Positions 40,779 to 55,022 of a stretch of 64,000 nucleotides of DNA are shown in pieces. Position 1 is the first letter of the stretch, and the number at the start of each line of letters is the position of its first letter. A program made the translations under genes and the position numbers. Origin of the DNA: Octopus vulgaris (Eukaryota); assembly GCA_951406725.2 (NCBI GenBank), contig OX597838.1, positions 5,084,001 to 5,148,000 of the forward strand, in the 5' to 3' direction. The notes beneath the pieces were generated by a model. It saw only the letters and a list, made by a program, of their open reading frames with translations, was not told where the DNA came from and did no database searches.

Positions 40779-42679
40779 ATATTTTTTTTTTGTCTCGGAT
40801 ACTAACGACAAACATTACTTTCAATAAATTGGTGCAAGATCTAAGCAATGAAATGAAATAAAATAAAATGAAAAAGTCAGACATAGAAGAATAACATTTT
40901 ACGCACTTAGGATTGGATAGAAGGCCGAACCAATGAAAAACCATCTACGCGGTTGGTCGACCGCCTAGAAATAATATCCCACATGTCTCACTAACCAAAC
41001 TCAGATGTTTCTTTATTTTAAAAAAAAAAAACGTGGATGTATGTAGATTATGTGTGGAAAAATTAGATTGGGCAGTGAGGCCTGAAGTCCTTTGATCATC
41101 AATCTGTTGTCTGAAAGAAGACCCGAGTTTAAACATCAGCAATTATGGATAATTTAATAGAACCACTTTTTCCCGTATCCTCTCGTTCTCCAGTTACCAG
41201 AACTAACAAGAAATACATTCCCACAGGACACGTTAACTTCTAAAGAAGGATACATTGTGTAATTAATTCTTGTATGACTTATGCCTAAATAACTCAGTGG
41301 TGGTGGTCATGAATGCAACGCTTTGATGTAATGGTGGTCATAAATGTAATGATATGTTTGTTTGATTGTGACTATCTCGGAAGCGAAACTAGCCACACAG
41401 TAACGAGTGACAGAATGGGAGTCAGCGCCATCTTTTGACGGCCAAATCGTTCTCTAACTTTCAAAACAAAAAATTGCCGGCTTGTTTAAAAATATGTACC
41501 CTGGTATACAAATCATGTATATCGTCGTGGTTGGAACGCTTTTGATTTTAGCCCTGCCCGACTGGGTGTTATCAGAGGTTTAGCGTCGATAACGATATAA
41601 AGGACATAGAACGATAACGAATCTTCGGATTTCTTAAGACAAGTAAATGAGTTATATTCTCCGATACTTATAAGTTTTTCTTCCACCAAATCGAATGTCA
41701 AAGATTCATTAAGGCGATGACGACAAAGTGTCGAACGTCTGACAATTAATTGTTTCAACTGGTACTAATAGAAATTTGTAGCAATGTTATGTTGTTTCAA
41801 AATAACACTTTATGGAAACCCAATAAAAGTATATAATAAAACTTATGAAGCTCAATAAATGCTATTTGTTTTTCTCTTCCGTTCCGTTCTCTTAAACTGA
41901 ATTTATTCACGATGTTTATATAATAAAATAAAGCAAAGAATCAAACTGATAAAAGAAAAACAAACATGGCGGAAATGCTATGCGCTCTTGTTCAACTATC
42001 GTTAATTTTATCGGCCATTGTTATTTTTGTTACCTTCATTATTAAGTAGCGTTGTTTTTGTTGTTGTTGCTGTCGTCGCGTGTGTAATGATTAGTGATTC
42101 TTTACTTTATGTATACGTCAGCTTGTATGTTTGTTCCATCGTTGTTTTTGCTTCTATCGATATGTTTTCTTTTTCTTTCTCTTCTGGCCGTTGTTCTTGT
42201 TTTAGTAGCTGTACGTCATTAGTTTCGTGTTATCGCTTATGTTTTTTCTTTCGTTTTTTTTTTCTTTACTCAGTATTTTGTTCATTTCGTTGTTCTTATA
42301 ATGTATATATTGTAGTTCTTCTCGGTATTAGTTAAATAACTGCTGTTCCGTTTGTTCTTCTTTGTTATTTCACATTTTTTATTTTTATTTTATTCTGGTG
42401 TTCTTTTCTTGTATTTTAAATTACACATTGTTACAGTTATTGCCGCAACTGTTTATGTTAGTTCTATGTATGTTGTGTTTGTTATTGTTGTTGTTACTCA
42501 ACGTTGTGTGCAGTTGTACTGCAAACAGTTTCATTGTTATTTTGTTTTGTATATGCTTTTTCTTTTTACCGGCGTTTTATTTCCTTATTCACAATATTTT
42601 TATTGTTGCTATTTATCGCTGTGATTTGTTATATTAAATCATTTCGGGTCGTTCTTTATTTTCAATGCCAATATTATCA

Positions 42680-42698
42680 CAAGTAGTCGTACTACTAC

Positions 42699-42729
<31 letters not shown>

Positions 42730-42870
42730 TGTAGTAATAGTAGTAGTAGAAGTCTTACTGTTATTATTGCTCTTATTATTATTGTTGTTGCTATTATTAT
42801 TATTATTATCATTAGTATTATTATTATTATTATTAGTAGTAGTAGTAGTAGTAGCAGTAGTAGTAGTAGC

Positions 42871-42908
<38 letters not shown>

Positions 42909-42960
42909 AAGTGTTATTATTATTATTGCTCTTATTATTGTTGTTGTTATTATTATTAAG

Positions 42961-43000
<40 letters not shown>

Positions 43001-43025
43001 GTAGTAGTAGTAGTAGTAGTGGTAA
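42680..43025. repeat. Compound (GTA)n/(ATT)n array with an internal duplication
   Basis: gtagtagaagt.tta.t.ttattattgctcttattatt occurs twice (about 42743 and 42902). Confidence 0.9.
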
Positions 43026-43316
43026 TATTGCATAGTAATTGTTGCTGTTGGTATCACTAATGCTGTTGCTTTTCTAGCAGTTCTTGTTTTTATTTTTTTT
43101 CGCTATACTCTGCCTAAACTGACATTTTTAAATATACGATGCGAGAAAGCACATTAACTTTTTTCGCCATATTTGTGTTATTTGCACATATAGTTACATA
43201 CAGGCATACTTAAACAGACGAACAGAGAGAGTTTAGTTAGATAGATAAATAGATATATATATATAGAGAGAGATTGAGACCTGCATATATGTTTTTGTAC
43301 TTAGGCATTATGAGAA

Positions 43317-43359
<43 letters not shown>

Positions 43360-43526
43360 GTATATATATATACGTATATATATATATATACGTATATATA
43401 TGTATTTATATGTATACATGTATATATAGATATATAGGCATATATATGTAATATATATATATATATATACATGTATATATACATACATATACATATGCAT
43501 TTGTGTGTGTCTCTCTGTGTGTATAT

Positions 43527-43572
<46 letters not shown>

Positions 43573-44217
43573 GCATACAGAAATACATACATGCATACAT
43601 ACATATAATCGTAGACTCACACATGTAGGCGTGTAGGCGTTATTTGATTTCTCTGGCTCGATTTAGGAAACAACATTTCATAGAGGTCGACACAATACAG
43701 CACAGACGTTTCATAAAATTCACATCAAGTGCCGAATCAGTGCAACTTGGACAAATTTCTGCTATTCCACCTTTCAACTACACCAAAATAACGTCAAATC
43801 AATAAGCTAACATTTTAACATACATCGAACTCAAATTGTCCAAGAGGTCACTTGACTCATTTAATAAAAATAAATCTCCTTAGATTTATTAGCGAAAATA
43901 TTGGCTGTAATATGGCGGAAATGTTTGCTAATAAGTCCATTGTAAAAAAAAATAAACAAAAAAAAAAAGAAAGTACTAAATGACTTACTATAAAGAGATT
44001 TCAGGGTCTCGAGAGTTTTCTGATAATGACAGAATAACCGTTTAATTTTATTCGTAAATTCGTTTTCAGGATTAGCCTCTTCTCAGAGGTTAACGTGAAA
44101 ATATGTACAAGATTAAATGAATGTTCGCACAGTTATTGCTGAATAAATCTTGAAATAAAGTCTATTTAGGCATATACAGGTATTCCTAAGTTACGCATAC
44201 AGATGTATATGCATGCA

Positions 44218-44284
<67 letters not shown>

Positions 44285-44371
44285 ATATACATATACATAC
44301 GTAATACATACACAGACACACACACACATATATATATATGAATATATGCATCTCTTTCTCTATACATACAG

Positions 44372-44442
<71 letters not shown>

Positions 44443-44834
44443 TTATTATTTGAGGAAATATAAATCCAAACTTACAGGGAAAAAATTCAATTTAGAAATA
44501 CTAAATCAAATTTCACACTATATAATATATATATAAAAAATTAGAAAACAAAAACACCTTTTATCAATTCAAAATGAACAATTAAATTACACCATCTAGA
44601 AAATTACATGTAATAGAAGTATTAAAATTAAAATAACAATAAAATATCAATGATTATTAAATTGCAAAATAAAAAAAAATAATACAAACGTATATAAGTG
44701 GTAGATTATATAAAAACGTAAACAATTGGTTATTCTACCAATTATATACGTTTTTACTACATGTGTTCGCCGGTATCTCATCAACAATTTCTTTAGCGAA
44801 TGTTATCGCTGTATGATAGGAAGTTTATCAGACA

Positions 44835-45170
44835 TAAGACACCCGTCGGTCGCGGATGACCATGGGATTGCACCAAGAAAGTTCCCACCTGAGGCACAAG
44901 TCCGGGCAAATTTGTTTATGGAAGACCAGCCGTTACTCATGTATACCAGCCACCCTTCTCCAAGCCACCGATGTTATTCAAGGGAAATGCAAAAGCCAAT
45001 GAAGCTTGCCACTAGCGACGCCGCAACTCATTTCCACAGCTGAATGAACAATAGCAACGTGAAATAAAGTGTTTTTCTGAAGAACACAACATGCAGCCCG
45101 GTCCGGAATTCTAACTCACTACCTCATGATAATGAGCCCGATGCACGAACCACTGAACCACGCGCATTCA
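44835..45170 (-). mobile_element. tRNA-derived SINE (head D + a third tail type)
   Basis: Head gtgaaataaagtgtttttctgaagaacacaac...cccggtccggaatt...aaccactgaaccacgcgc. The tail is unlike X or Y. Confidence 0.75.
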
Positions 45171-45699
45171 AGGTTGATAGACGCCCTATTAAAACATAAG
45201 TTAAAAAATGTTTAGGGAATATAAAATAGATAGGGATTTGATCTGGGGTCTTGTGTTGAAACTAAAGCAATTTTGGATTAAACGGCACATATTAGCCATT
45301 AAAAAGAAATCAAAGACTGCTAACCTTATTTGGCGACGTGTCTAAATTTTCGTCACAAATTCTACGACCTGGTCATTGACATGACTTCACTACAGTCTTA
45401 GTGTGTATCTGAAGCTCTGAGATGCGCCTTCCACGGTGCAGTATAATTTCTCCTTACTTCTATGACCTACGTTCAAATCGGGTGTGTTTCTCTCTGATAT
45501 ATATATATATATATATATATAACCACACAACTCAATACAAAACACCACTAACCCCTATACACTCCCTATACCATTCACATCTCTAAATCCAGAACTACTT
45601 ACCTCCCTTAAAAATAATCCAGAACTACTTAACTCCCTTACAAATAATCTTTTTTCGCAGGAACTATTAGACCTGACACCGTGTATTAGCCGGTCTTTT

Positions 45700-45739
45700 C
45701 AAAGCGATGAATAGTTTGCGGAAACCATGGTACGCTTTG
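45700..45739 (+). ncRNA. Degenerate hammerhead relic
   Basis: CAAAGCG-(---)AUGA-auaguuugcg-GAA-ACCAUGGU-A-CGCUUUG. 7-bp stem I and an 8-nt palindromic stem III, but the CUG of the core is missing. Confidence 0.5.
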
Positions 45740-46498
45740 TTTTCTCACTTTATTATCATCTTATAATCATCCCATAATAATGACTTTTATGACTCTTATT
45801 ACTACCTCAGTTCATCTAAATGTATATATTACTACCTCAGTTCATCTAAATGTATATATTTGTCATAAATAGCCTTTTTTTTATTTACAATGTGTATTTT
45901 CGTCGATTTTTCATATTTCACCCTTACATTTCCACGGGTATTTTATATTTTCTTTTTGTAACATATTTCTACTATACATATATATGTATTAGTACAGATG
46001 GGTATATATAGACTTCAGTAGGATAGAAATATCCAAAATTAGACTGATTGAATATCTCATAATATTGCCACAGGCGACAATGAAATTTTAGGTAACAGAG
46101 AGATGAGAGAGAGAGAGAGAGAGAGGGGAGGGAGTGGGAGAGAGAGAGTACGCTGCATGTGTAGACGTATACCCGTGATTGTATGCGTAAATATCAATAA
46201 GATTTGTATATTAACTTTTAATATTTATAGACATCATTTTCCCCTCTTTATACATACATACATGCACATATACGTACATATATACCTACATACATACATA
46301 ATTACTTATATATATATATATATGTATATGAACAATAATATATTTTTGTATATATATTATTTGTAGATATCCATATATAGATGTGTATATGTATACTCAC
46401 GCAAACACACACACAACACACACACATATATGTACAGACACATACACACATATATATATGTATATGTATTAATATATATATATTTATGTATATATATA

Positions 46499-46543
<45 letters not shown>

Positions 46544-47108
46544 GCGTGTGTGTGAGCACTTCTGCATTTTTCAAACATAAGTATTAATAATGAGATATAT
46601 ATACATATATAAATATGAAAGAGAGAGATAGAGAGAGAGAGAAAGAGAGAAAGAGAGGGAAAGTGACAAAGAGAGAGATGGAAGTAGAAAGAAGCAAGAT
46701 GGATAGAGAACAATACGCAAATTGAAAAGTGATGCAGCTACTAAAATAGAACGCAGGAGAGACGCATTGTGAGGCCTGTAAAAGTGAGATAGGGAATTGT
46801 CACGCAACAAAATCATCAATTGGGTAGGCTGAAGTTCAAAGTACACAGTGAAATAATTTGATAGTCTAATTCAACAGACAAAATTTCATTTGATGACAGG
46901 CATCAATCTGTTATTTCCAATTCGCAAGCCAATATTAATGGCTGTGACGCTAACACCGTGGAAACAGAGAGAGAGGCAAATATGGAGCCTAACCCGTGAA
47001 AGACCTTTTCTCCCGCATATGTGCATTATTTTTATGATTGATTGAAGATATGTATGTATGCAAGTATGTATGTATGTATGTATGTATGTATGTATGTATG
47101 TATGTATG

Positions 47109-47139
<31 letters not shown>

Positions 47140-47275
47140 GAATGTTTGTATATATGTATGTATGTCTGTGTATGAGTAAATGTGTAGATGTAGGTGAACG
47201 TGTGTCACGATACGTATGTGTATGTATGTGAGGATTTATGCATATTGTATGTATGTGTGTGTATATATGTACATA

Positions 47276-47311
<36 letters not shown>

Positions 47312-47467
47312 ACTGCATATATATACACATGTGTATACACCCCCACAAGCATGAATCTGTGTTTTGCTATATGAATATTTGTTGTACATATACGTATATG
47401 CGTGTGTGTATATATATATTAGTATATACATATATATATATATACATGTATATAAACAAATATATAT

Positions 47468-47527
<60 letters not shown>

Positions 47528-48099
47528 TTGTGTGTTTGTGTGCACATATCTGTGTGGTAGCATATTTATCTGTGTGCTTATATTTATTCTGTATGCGTGT
47601 GTGTATTGATAAACGTAACATAATCTTTAATCCTGCTTTGATCAAACTGCTACGATCAAAGCCGTTCCATCAATGATAGCGTCGCTCATTTTTTTCTTCT
47701 TCTTTCCTAACCCAAGCATAAAGTAACTGCATCGATTTATTCCACTATGTTCTTCCATATTTAAAGACGTTACAACTTTAACCAGCGTCAGCTATCTAAG
47801 CCATAAGGTCCAACAGATCACCGTTGTGGATATTCGGTTTTTGTTGATTTCTTTCTAATGTTTTTGTTGCTGCTGCATCTGCAATTGCTACCGTTGTTAA
47901 TACTTAACCACAGGTCTGTTCCGACGATGTGATGGTAGAACAAAATTACTTTCCACCTATTAACATTTTGCTTCGTTTTGTATTTCAGCTTCAGCATATC
48001 TCTGATCGCATTACCTATAATATTCTTCTTCGCTAAACCTTCAACTCGTGACTGGAAGGAGATTTGGGATTTAATTCAGGTTGGACGACGATCAATCAT

Positions 48100-48900
48100 A
48101 AATAAGTTCAATTGTTGATTCTAAAGCATATCATTTACTCGTTCTTGCTCTCCATCTTGGCCTTCTGCCGCTTAGCTATTCTTGAAGAACCCCTACTGCG
48201 ATTCTTTCCTGCGACATTTTAATCACATGTCCGAAGTACCGGAGATGTAACCCCTAAATGCGGAGACGTAGCGATGCAACCTGGAGATAATCCCTAATTT
48301 CCGAACTACTCACTCTGACAAGTTACATTACTGAAGCGACCCTTCAAAAGAATCCAAGGTCTGAATTCTCGATCGTATTCTTCCAGTCCTTACTCAACAT
48401 CATACATCTATTCTATATGCTCGAACTCTTTTGATATTATTGTTACGCATTAAATAATGATTTGTGGTTACACATCATCCCTTCGTCCACCCATTTGCAC
48501 CTCCTAGTATTCATGAGAGCGTTGAGAAGATACAGCTCTCAGAACCCCTTCCATTACGTATTTTCAAAAATAACCGTTACAAGATCTCCCGGTTCGATTT
48601 CTTGGCTTGACCAGCTTAGACTATGGATTCAATGTTATAACGCTATATCTCCTGCCGGTCAGCTCGGCTTGAATAAAGCGCCACGCGATACTTTATTACC
48701 ACATTTTATATTTTCCCCTCATAGCACCGTTGTTGTTACTTCTGAAATGGGAAACATATCGACTCAACCTGGATAGCTTCCTTGATCTCTGGACTATGAA
48801 CTCTGTCCTCTAGCGTACTTCAGACATCCATCGAAAGAACCCCCATTTCGACTGCTTGTATTTGTGTTCGAACTCTTTCGATCATGACTCAGTATTCTTG
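48100..48900 (-). mobile_element. RTE-like LINE 3' remnant
   Basis: Minus-strand translation LRYFGHVIKMSQERIAVGVLQE around 48180-48245, followed by a GRPR-like segment. Heavily decayed. Confidence 0.65.
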
Positions 48901-49188
48901 GTCATAAATGGAGATAGTACCGAAAAAAAAAAATGCAATGAAGATAGCGAATTTGGCTTTTCTACCAAACTTTCCACTTTCATACTCTTATCTGAAAATT
49001 ATTCTGGTGCAACACAGCAATGAGAAGTATATTGATTATAGCTCGACTTCACAATGAGGTGAAAATACTTGAGGTGAAATAATTCAATTGGTATTGGACA
49101 TCTGTCAGTAACTCCGCATCATCCTACGTGACGCACATCTTTGTAACAATTTTATCCTATTGACACGAATCAGTAAATAGGCATAAGA

Positions 49189-49283
<95 letters not shown>

Positions 49284-49411
49284 TATATATATATGTATAT
49301 ATATATATATATGTATATATGTATATATATATATGTGTGTGTGTGTGTGTATGTATATATATATGTATGTATATGTATGTATATATATATATGTGTATAT
49401 ATGTATATATG

Positions 49412-49446
<35 letters not shown>

Positions 49447-50357
49447 ATATTTCCAATAATAAAACTTGCAACGCACTCTTGGTTTACAGCCTAATAAAAC
49501 GCTGTCTTGTTATCTGGTGTTCTAGCAATATTATTAACCGCAGTATACATATGTGAATATATATCCATAGATACTTAAATATACATACACATAAATATAA
49601 ATATAAATATATATGTAGAAATATATGTGTACACTACCTTAAATGTCGCATTCCGTGAGGACTTTTCAGCTGTCCCAAAGCTGCATCCCGAAAACTGAGG
49701 AATACTAAATAGCATGACAATAATCGGTCGATAATGACTATAAGCCCCCCCGTGGTGTTCGATCAGAGATTAAGAATGCCTTAGAATTAATTCTGTAATG
49801 CAATATTTCCATTGTTCCATTTTCAGGTTGAATGCCACCTGTTGGCCAATTTGTCTCAAATTTCTTACCTGGGCGTAAAATTAACGAAATGAATGTCCAC
49901 CTGCATCTCTTAATTAAAATCCTCATTGACCTACACAGGTGAAGCTAACACTTAACGATGCGAAGGGCTTGTGACCCCTGAGATACCTGCTAACGATACA
50001 GACGGCCTTTCCTTCATTTCGATGCATTTAAAGTTCGCAACATATTTTAGTAATCCCTGTAGGTTCTGCAAATGCTAACCGTCGCCTATGTTTATTTTAC
50101 CTGTAAAAACTCTAAAAATTTAATCAGTCAAAACTATCTAACACAAGGAAAAAACTGCAAATTTGAAATATGACTATGGAAAGGAGATATATAAATAAGG
50201 GTACATGCATACCAACACACACACACACACACACATGTATAGATATATATATTTATATATATATATATATATATATAAATATATGTAGCATGTGTGTATT
50301 TATATATTTTAAAATAAATTCATATCTATCTACCTCTCTCTTTATTCTCTTTGTCTA

Positions 50358-50432
<75 letters not shown>

Positions 50433-50471
50433 CTGTGTGTGTACACTTATACATACGTGTATAGATTGTAG

Positions 50472-50537
<66 letters not shown>

Positions 50538-50767
50538 CGAATATATGAATGATGAAAAGTTCGATTTGAACACTATAAAGAATTATATTGTATTTTCTTC
50601 TTCGTATTTCGTGATTGAGAAAAACGGTTTATACTTTTGAATTCTTCACAAAATACATCTATGTATGTATGTATGTATTTCTGTATGTATGCATGTATGT
50701 ATGTATGTATGTATGTATGTATGTATGTATGTATGTATGTATGTATGTATGTATGTATGTATGTATG

Positions 50768-50822
<55 letters not shown>

Positions 50823-51250
50823 TTAGGTATTAATCAAGCCAAAATGTGTATTAAGAATAGAAAGATACATACAGAACAGACAATATTTCCTTTATAAGCA
50901 GAAAGGTAAGATGGCGATAAAAACAAAATTCTTCAAAGAAAAAAAAAAAAAACGTAACGGAATTTTACTTATGCGAAAAAAAAAAGTTCAAATACTTGAA
51001 AAAAAAAAACACAATTATATATATATATATATCTTACACTAACATCGACGAGAAGTAAGTCTATATTGGTAAAAGATCAACCACTTCCTACAAATCTATA
51101 TTTCAAAGGCGATGAGATCAAAACAGATATTCTATAGATATTTCAATGCAAACACGAAATGTAGACATTTTGGAAAATAGTTGTATATCTTTCACTGATA
51201 CAATAGGAAATAAAGTCAGTTAACTTGAAAAGACAACGTCAATATATATA

Positions 51251-51348
<98 letters not shown>

Positions 51349-51424
51349 CATCAATGCATACATATGTATATATATGTAATCCTGTGTACATAAATAAATA
51401 CATATATTTATATGTACACATGTA

Positions 51425-51535
<111 letters not shown>

Positions 51536-52002
51536 ATGTGTATATGTATATATTTTGACATATATACGTATGTATTTATTACGTCTTAAAATTGGTTTCA
51601 GTCGTGATCTTGAAATGACATGTGTGGATGCGCACGTGTGTTTGTACCCGGAGGCGTGTGTGAATGTATGCGTGTCTGTACGTCGATCTCCCAGGTACTC
51701 TCCCTCTCTTCCTCATTCGCTTTTTACTACACCTCTCCCTTGCTTTTCAAGCCATGAATACAAAATAATGACAATATAATATATCTGAAGTTTTTATTTT
51801 GAAGATATTCTTAAGTTATTACTTGGTAAACCAATAAAAAATAGCAAAGAATATAACTCATTTCTTTGTCAAAATATTTCCATTCCGTGCATGTAAGACT
51901 CACTTGAAAATGATAGATGAAGTTAATATTATTCTTTTATCTTTTACCGATTGAATCATTGGACTGTGGCCATGCTGGGGCACAGTTTGGAAGTGGTTTA
52001 GT

Positions 52003-52305
52003 ACCTTCCTTCTCAGGCCACACCTGACTCATAAGGGCCGGTTTCCCGGTTTCCTTGGCGTATACGTTCCCCACCTGGACGGGACGCCGGTCCGTCGCAG
52101 GTGAGCTTCTTGATGCAGGGGGAAAGAGTGAGAGAAAGTTGTGACAAAAGAGTCAGCAGAAGTTTCCCAATACCTTCTGCCGGAGCCACCTGGAGCTTAG
52201 GTGTTTTCGCTCATAAACACACACATCGCCCGGTCTGAGATTCAAACCCGCGATCCGTCGACCGCGAGTCTGCTGATCTGACCACTAGGCCATGTGCCAC
52301 CACAC
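52003..52305 (-). mobile_element. tRNA-derived SINE (head C + tail Y) with a 12-bp TSD, inserted in a SINE B 3' end
   Basis: Head matches 9593 onward and tail matches 14345 onward. AAGTGGT(T/A)TAGT at 51991-52002 and 52306-52317. Confidence 0.88.
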
Positions 52306-52480
52306 AAGTGGTATAGTCGGACCAATCAATACAACCACTTGCCCTCGCCCCACACTTTTTAGTGTTTATTACTGAAAGGATGTCCTAGTTTCAATATCGA
52401 ATTTTCCCTATACATCCCTTCAGGCCCTATGTCTATAGTAGAAACTATGTTTGTTGTTGTTGTTGTTATTTAGTCTTATG

Positions 52481-53042
52481 TCGGCAACAAGAAGGCAATG
52501 GACTACAAGGATGGTATAAAGAATCTTCTGAAATGTTACTGAGCAATGGACTGCTCCATCTGGATTTCTTTGCAGGTAAACTTGGAGCTGTGTCTGATGA
52601 ACACCGTGAAAGAATTCACCAGAACATAAGTCCTATGGAGAAACGGTACCAAGGCTTCTGGAATGACAGAATGATGGTTGACCGTTGCTGGGAACTTTAC
52701 CGTGATCAACCAGATCAGGAACACCGCAAGAAAACCAAATTACAATGTTTTTAACTTTGTCTTTTTTTTCTGACCCATTTTTCTCTATTCACTCTTTATA
52801 GAATGATAGTGAAGAATTTTAACTCAATAAACTGATTTGCTTTCTTTAAATAATATGCCCTTATTTATTACGTTAATGATTTCATATATACAGATATGTA
52901 AATATTTCCCAGTATCTACTGAAAAACTGATAGTTGCCGCATACAAATGGAGTGGAATTTTGAAATCAGCATAAAAAATTAGTCTAAAAAGGTCGGTTTG
53001 CATTCATAATGAGTTTAATACATTTAATTTTGTTGAAAAGTG
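52481..53042 (+). mobile_element. DNA transposon 3' end with C-terminal transposase remnant (Chapaev3-like)
   Basis: GNKKAMDYKDGIKNLLKCY...HLDFFAGKLGAVSDEHRERIHQNISPMEKRYQGFWNDRMMVDRCW matches the HLDFFP.NLG.VSDE.GERFHQDI..ME.RYQG.W...M.ADYCW motif. The terminus ttttgttgaaaagtg is followed by TTA. Superfamily assignment is from memory. Confidence 0.75.
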
Positions 53043-53384
53043 TTATTAGTTATGATAATCGTTTAATTAATTATTATATAATAAGGTTGATTTCTATTAA
53101 AGTGCTTAATATAATGAGTAAGCAATTAAATATAGCGATGTAAAGTATTTAAGCTTCGATTAATCATAGCATAGAATTCATTTTTATCTATAATTTTTAA
53201 GCTTTTAATTCTCCACCGTGATCATCAAGAATTGCATATATTATTAATTTTAGTAATTTTTCATTTATTATGTAATAATCATAATTCTCATGAAAGGGTA
53301 TAATATAATATAAATAGGTATTTAATTATCGTATCCATTATTTTAAATCTTTAGTTATCTAGCGTAGTCATCAATAATTGTATA

Positions 53385-53451
<67 letters not shown>

Positions 53452-53452
<1 letters not shown>

Positions 53453-53893
53453 TATGTTTGACTTTTGCTTTATGTCTGTACAAGTTGGCTCCAAGTCTCA
53501 CCCAGAGACCTCAAGAGACAACAGGTTGGAAATTCTGTGCCATATATTTGGGGGTTTTTTCCCCCCTTTTTTTGGTGTTGTACTAGTGAATGTCTAATAC
53601 ATAAAAAAAAAATAAAAAATAAAAATAAAAATTTTGTTTTAAACCTTGGGATTACATAGAGAGTATTTTGCGTAGGATATGAGCAGTTCCCATGAGCACT
53701 ATCTTTTGAATTTCTGCCATTTTGGGGTTTCCTGGTATCTGAGTTAGGTAGCAATCAGTCCCTTTCGCTATCATTCCCAGGGCACCTACGACAACAGGTA
53801 TTGTTTTAGTCTTCAGCTTCCACATTTTGCTGATTTCTATTTCAAGATCTTTATATTTGCTCAGTTTTTGGTAGGTCTTGACAGATACGTTTA
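53452..53893 (-). mobile_element. 5'-truncated R4/Dong-like non-LTR retrotransposon inserted in (TAA)n
   Basis: Intact C-terminal frame NVSVKTYQKLSKYKDLEIEISKMWKLKTKTIPVVVGALGMI...IQKIVLMGTAHILRKILSM* plus 3' UTR. Pure (ATT)n on both sides (about 53387-53451 and 53895-53970). Confidence 0.88.
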
Positions 53894-53971
<78 letters not shown>

Positions 53972-54373
53972 CTAGCACTATGACTGATGGTGCTTGTTCG
54001 TTGCCGGGTCGCAGTAGACAAATTCTATCTAAATCAAGAGCTAAGTTTCTTATCACTTTTCATCCCGGGCCAGTTTTTGTTGTTTTTTAAGCTAGTGGGA
54101 GCTTTTTATGAGAGTAATTAATACTCATTGGACTTCGGTTTTCATACCTTGAACGGCATAATCATGGGAAATTAGCGGGACTGTGCATATGCCATTAGTC
54201 AGACAAAAAAGGATGCAGAAGAAAGCGAAAAACTCGAATTTGGCTGCAAAATAGGATGCTTTTGAAAATACTCATAAAACTCGTTTGTTGAGTTTTGGTT
54301 TCACACCCAACCCAGTTCTACGCAATCAGTGATGTGACGGGATGTATAGTATGGGAATAAGAACCTTACAGTT

Positions 54374-54719
54374 AATAATTATCATTAAAATTTTAATTAA
54401 AGGTATCTAAAAGATACCACCATGCTAGAGATACCAGTCAAAACTTGACTCTAAAACCGTATCAAATAATTCATACAGCACCAGGAGGAAATATCTGTAT
54501 TTGTAATTAAGTACTTTCTGTGTATATTCCACTGAAGAGGTAGAGTATATTGTTTGCACAGCTAGAAATTTAGATTTGGGATTCTGCAATAATTTTTTGC
54601 TAGTTTATTTGTCTGTTTATCCTTTCTCCTGGAGCTGTATGAATTACTTCATGTGGTTTTAAATTCAAGGTTTGACTGATATCTCTAGCTTAGTGGCATC
54701 TTTCTGATACCCTTAATGA

Positions 54720-54726
<7 letters not shown>
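54374..54726. mobile_element. Diverged ~100-bp inverted pair (54374-54487 / 54626-54726) enclosing a decayed hammerhead (54526-54582, +); Penelope-like terminal structure
   Basis: The arms align by eye as reverse complements. Spacer motif AUUCCA-CUGAAGA-[GGUAGAGUA...UGCACAGCU]-A-GAA-AUUUAGAU-U-UGGGAU. Confidence 0.62.
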
Positions 54727-54766
<40 letters not shown>

Positions 54767-54952
54767 CAAATAAGGATGAAAAATTAGATATTAATTTAAT
54801 TATACCATCAATTTAACACCAAGTGGCTCAGCGCATAAAAACCAGGGATGCAATAAAAATTTATACATAAATATAAGAGAGTGACCACTATATTGTCGAC
54901 TCTAGCGCTAAAAATAGATCCGTTATGGTGTTAGCCACTAAAATTTGTTTCC

Positions 54953-55022
<70 letters not shown>

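Noticed and set aside
49800-49945. Strong-looking splice acceptor (+) and donor (-) signals with several CACCTG boxes
   Set aside because: The frames close quickly and no coherent exon results. It may be regulatory but this is unsupported.
52593-52612. CTGATGA...GAAA hammerhead-like words
   Set aside because: Falls within transposase codons (SDEHRER) and has no flanking stems.
53894-54056. N-terminal part of the 134-aa ORF 53652-54056
   Set aside because: Artefactual fusion of flanking DNA and (AAT)n poly-Asn to the retrotransposon C-terminus.
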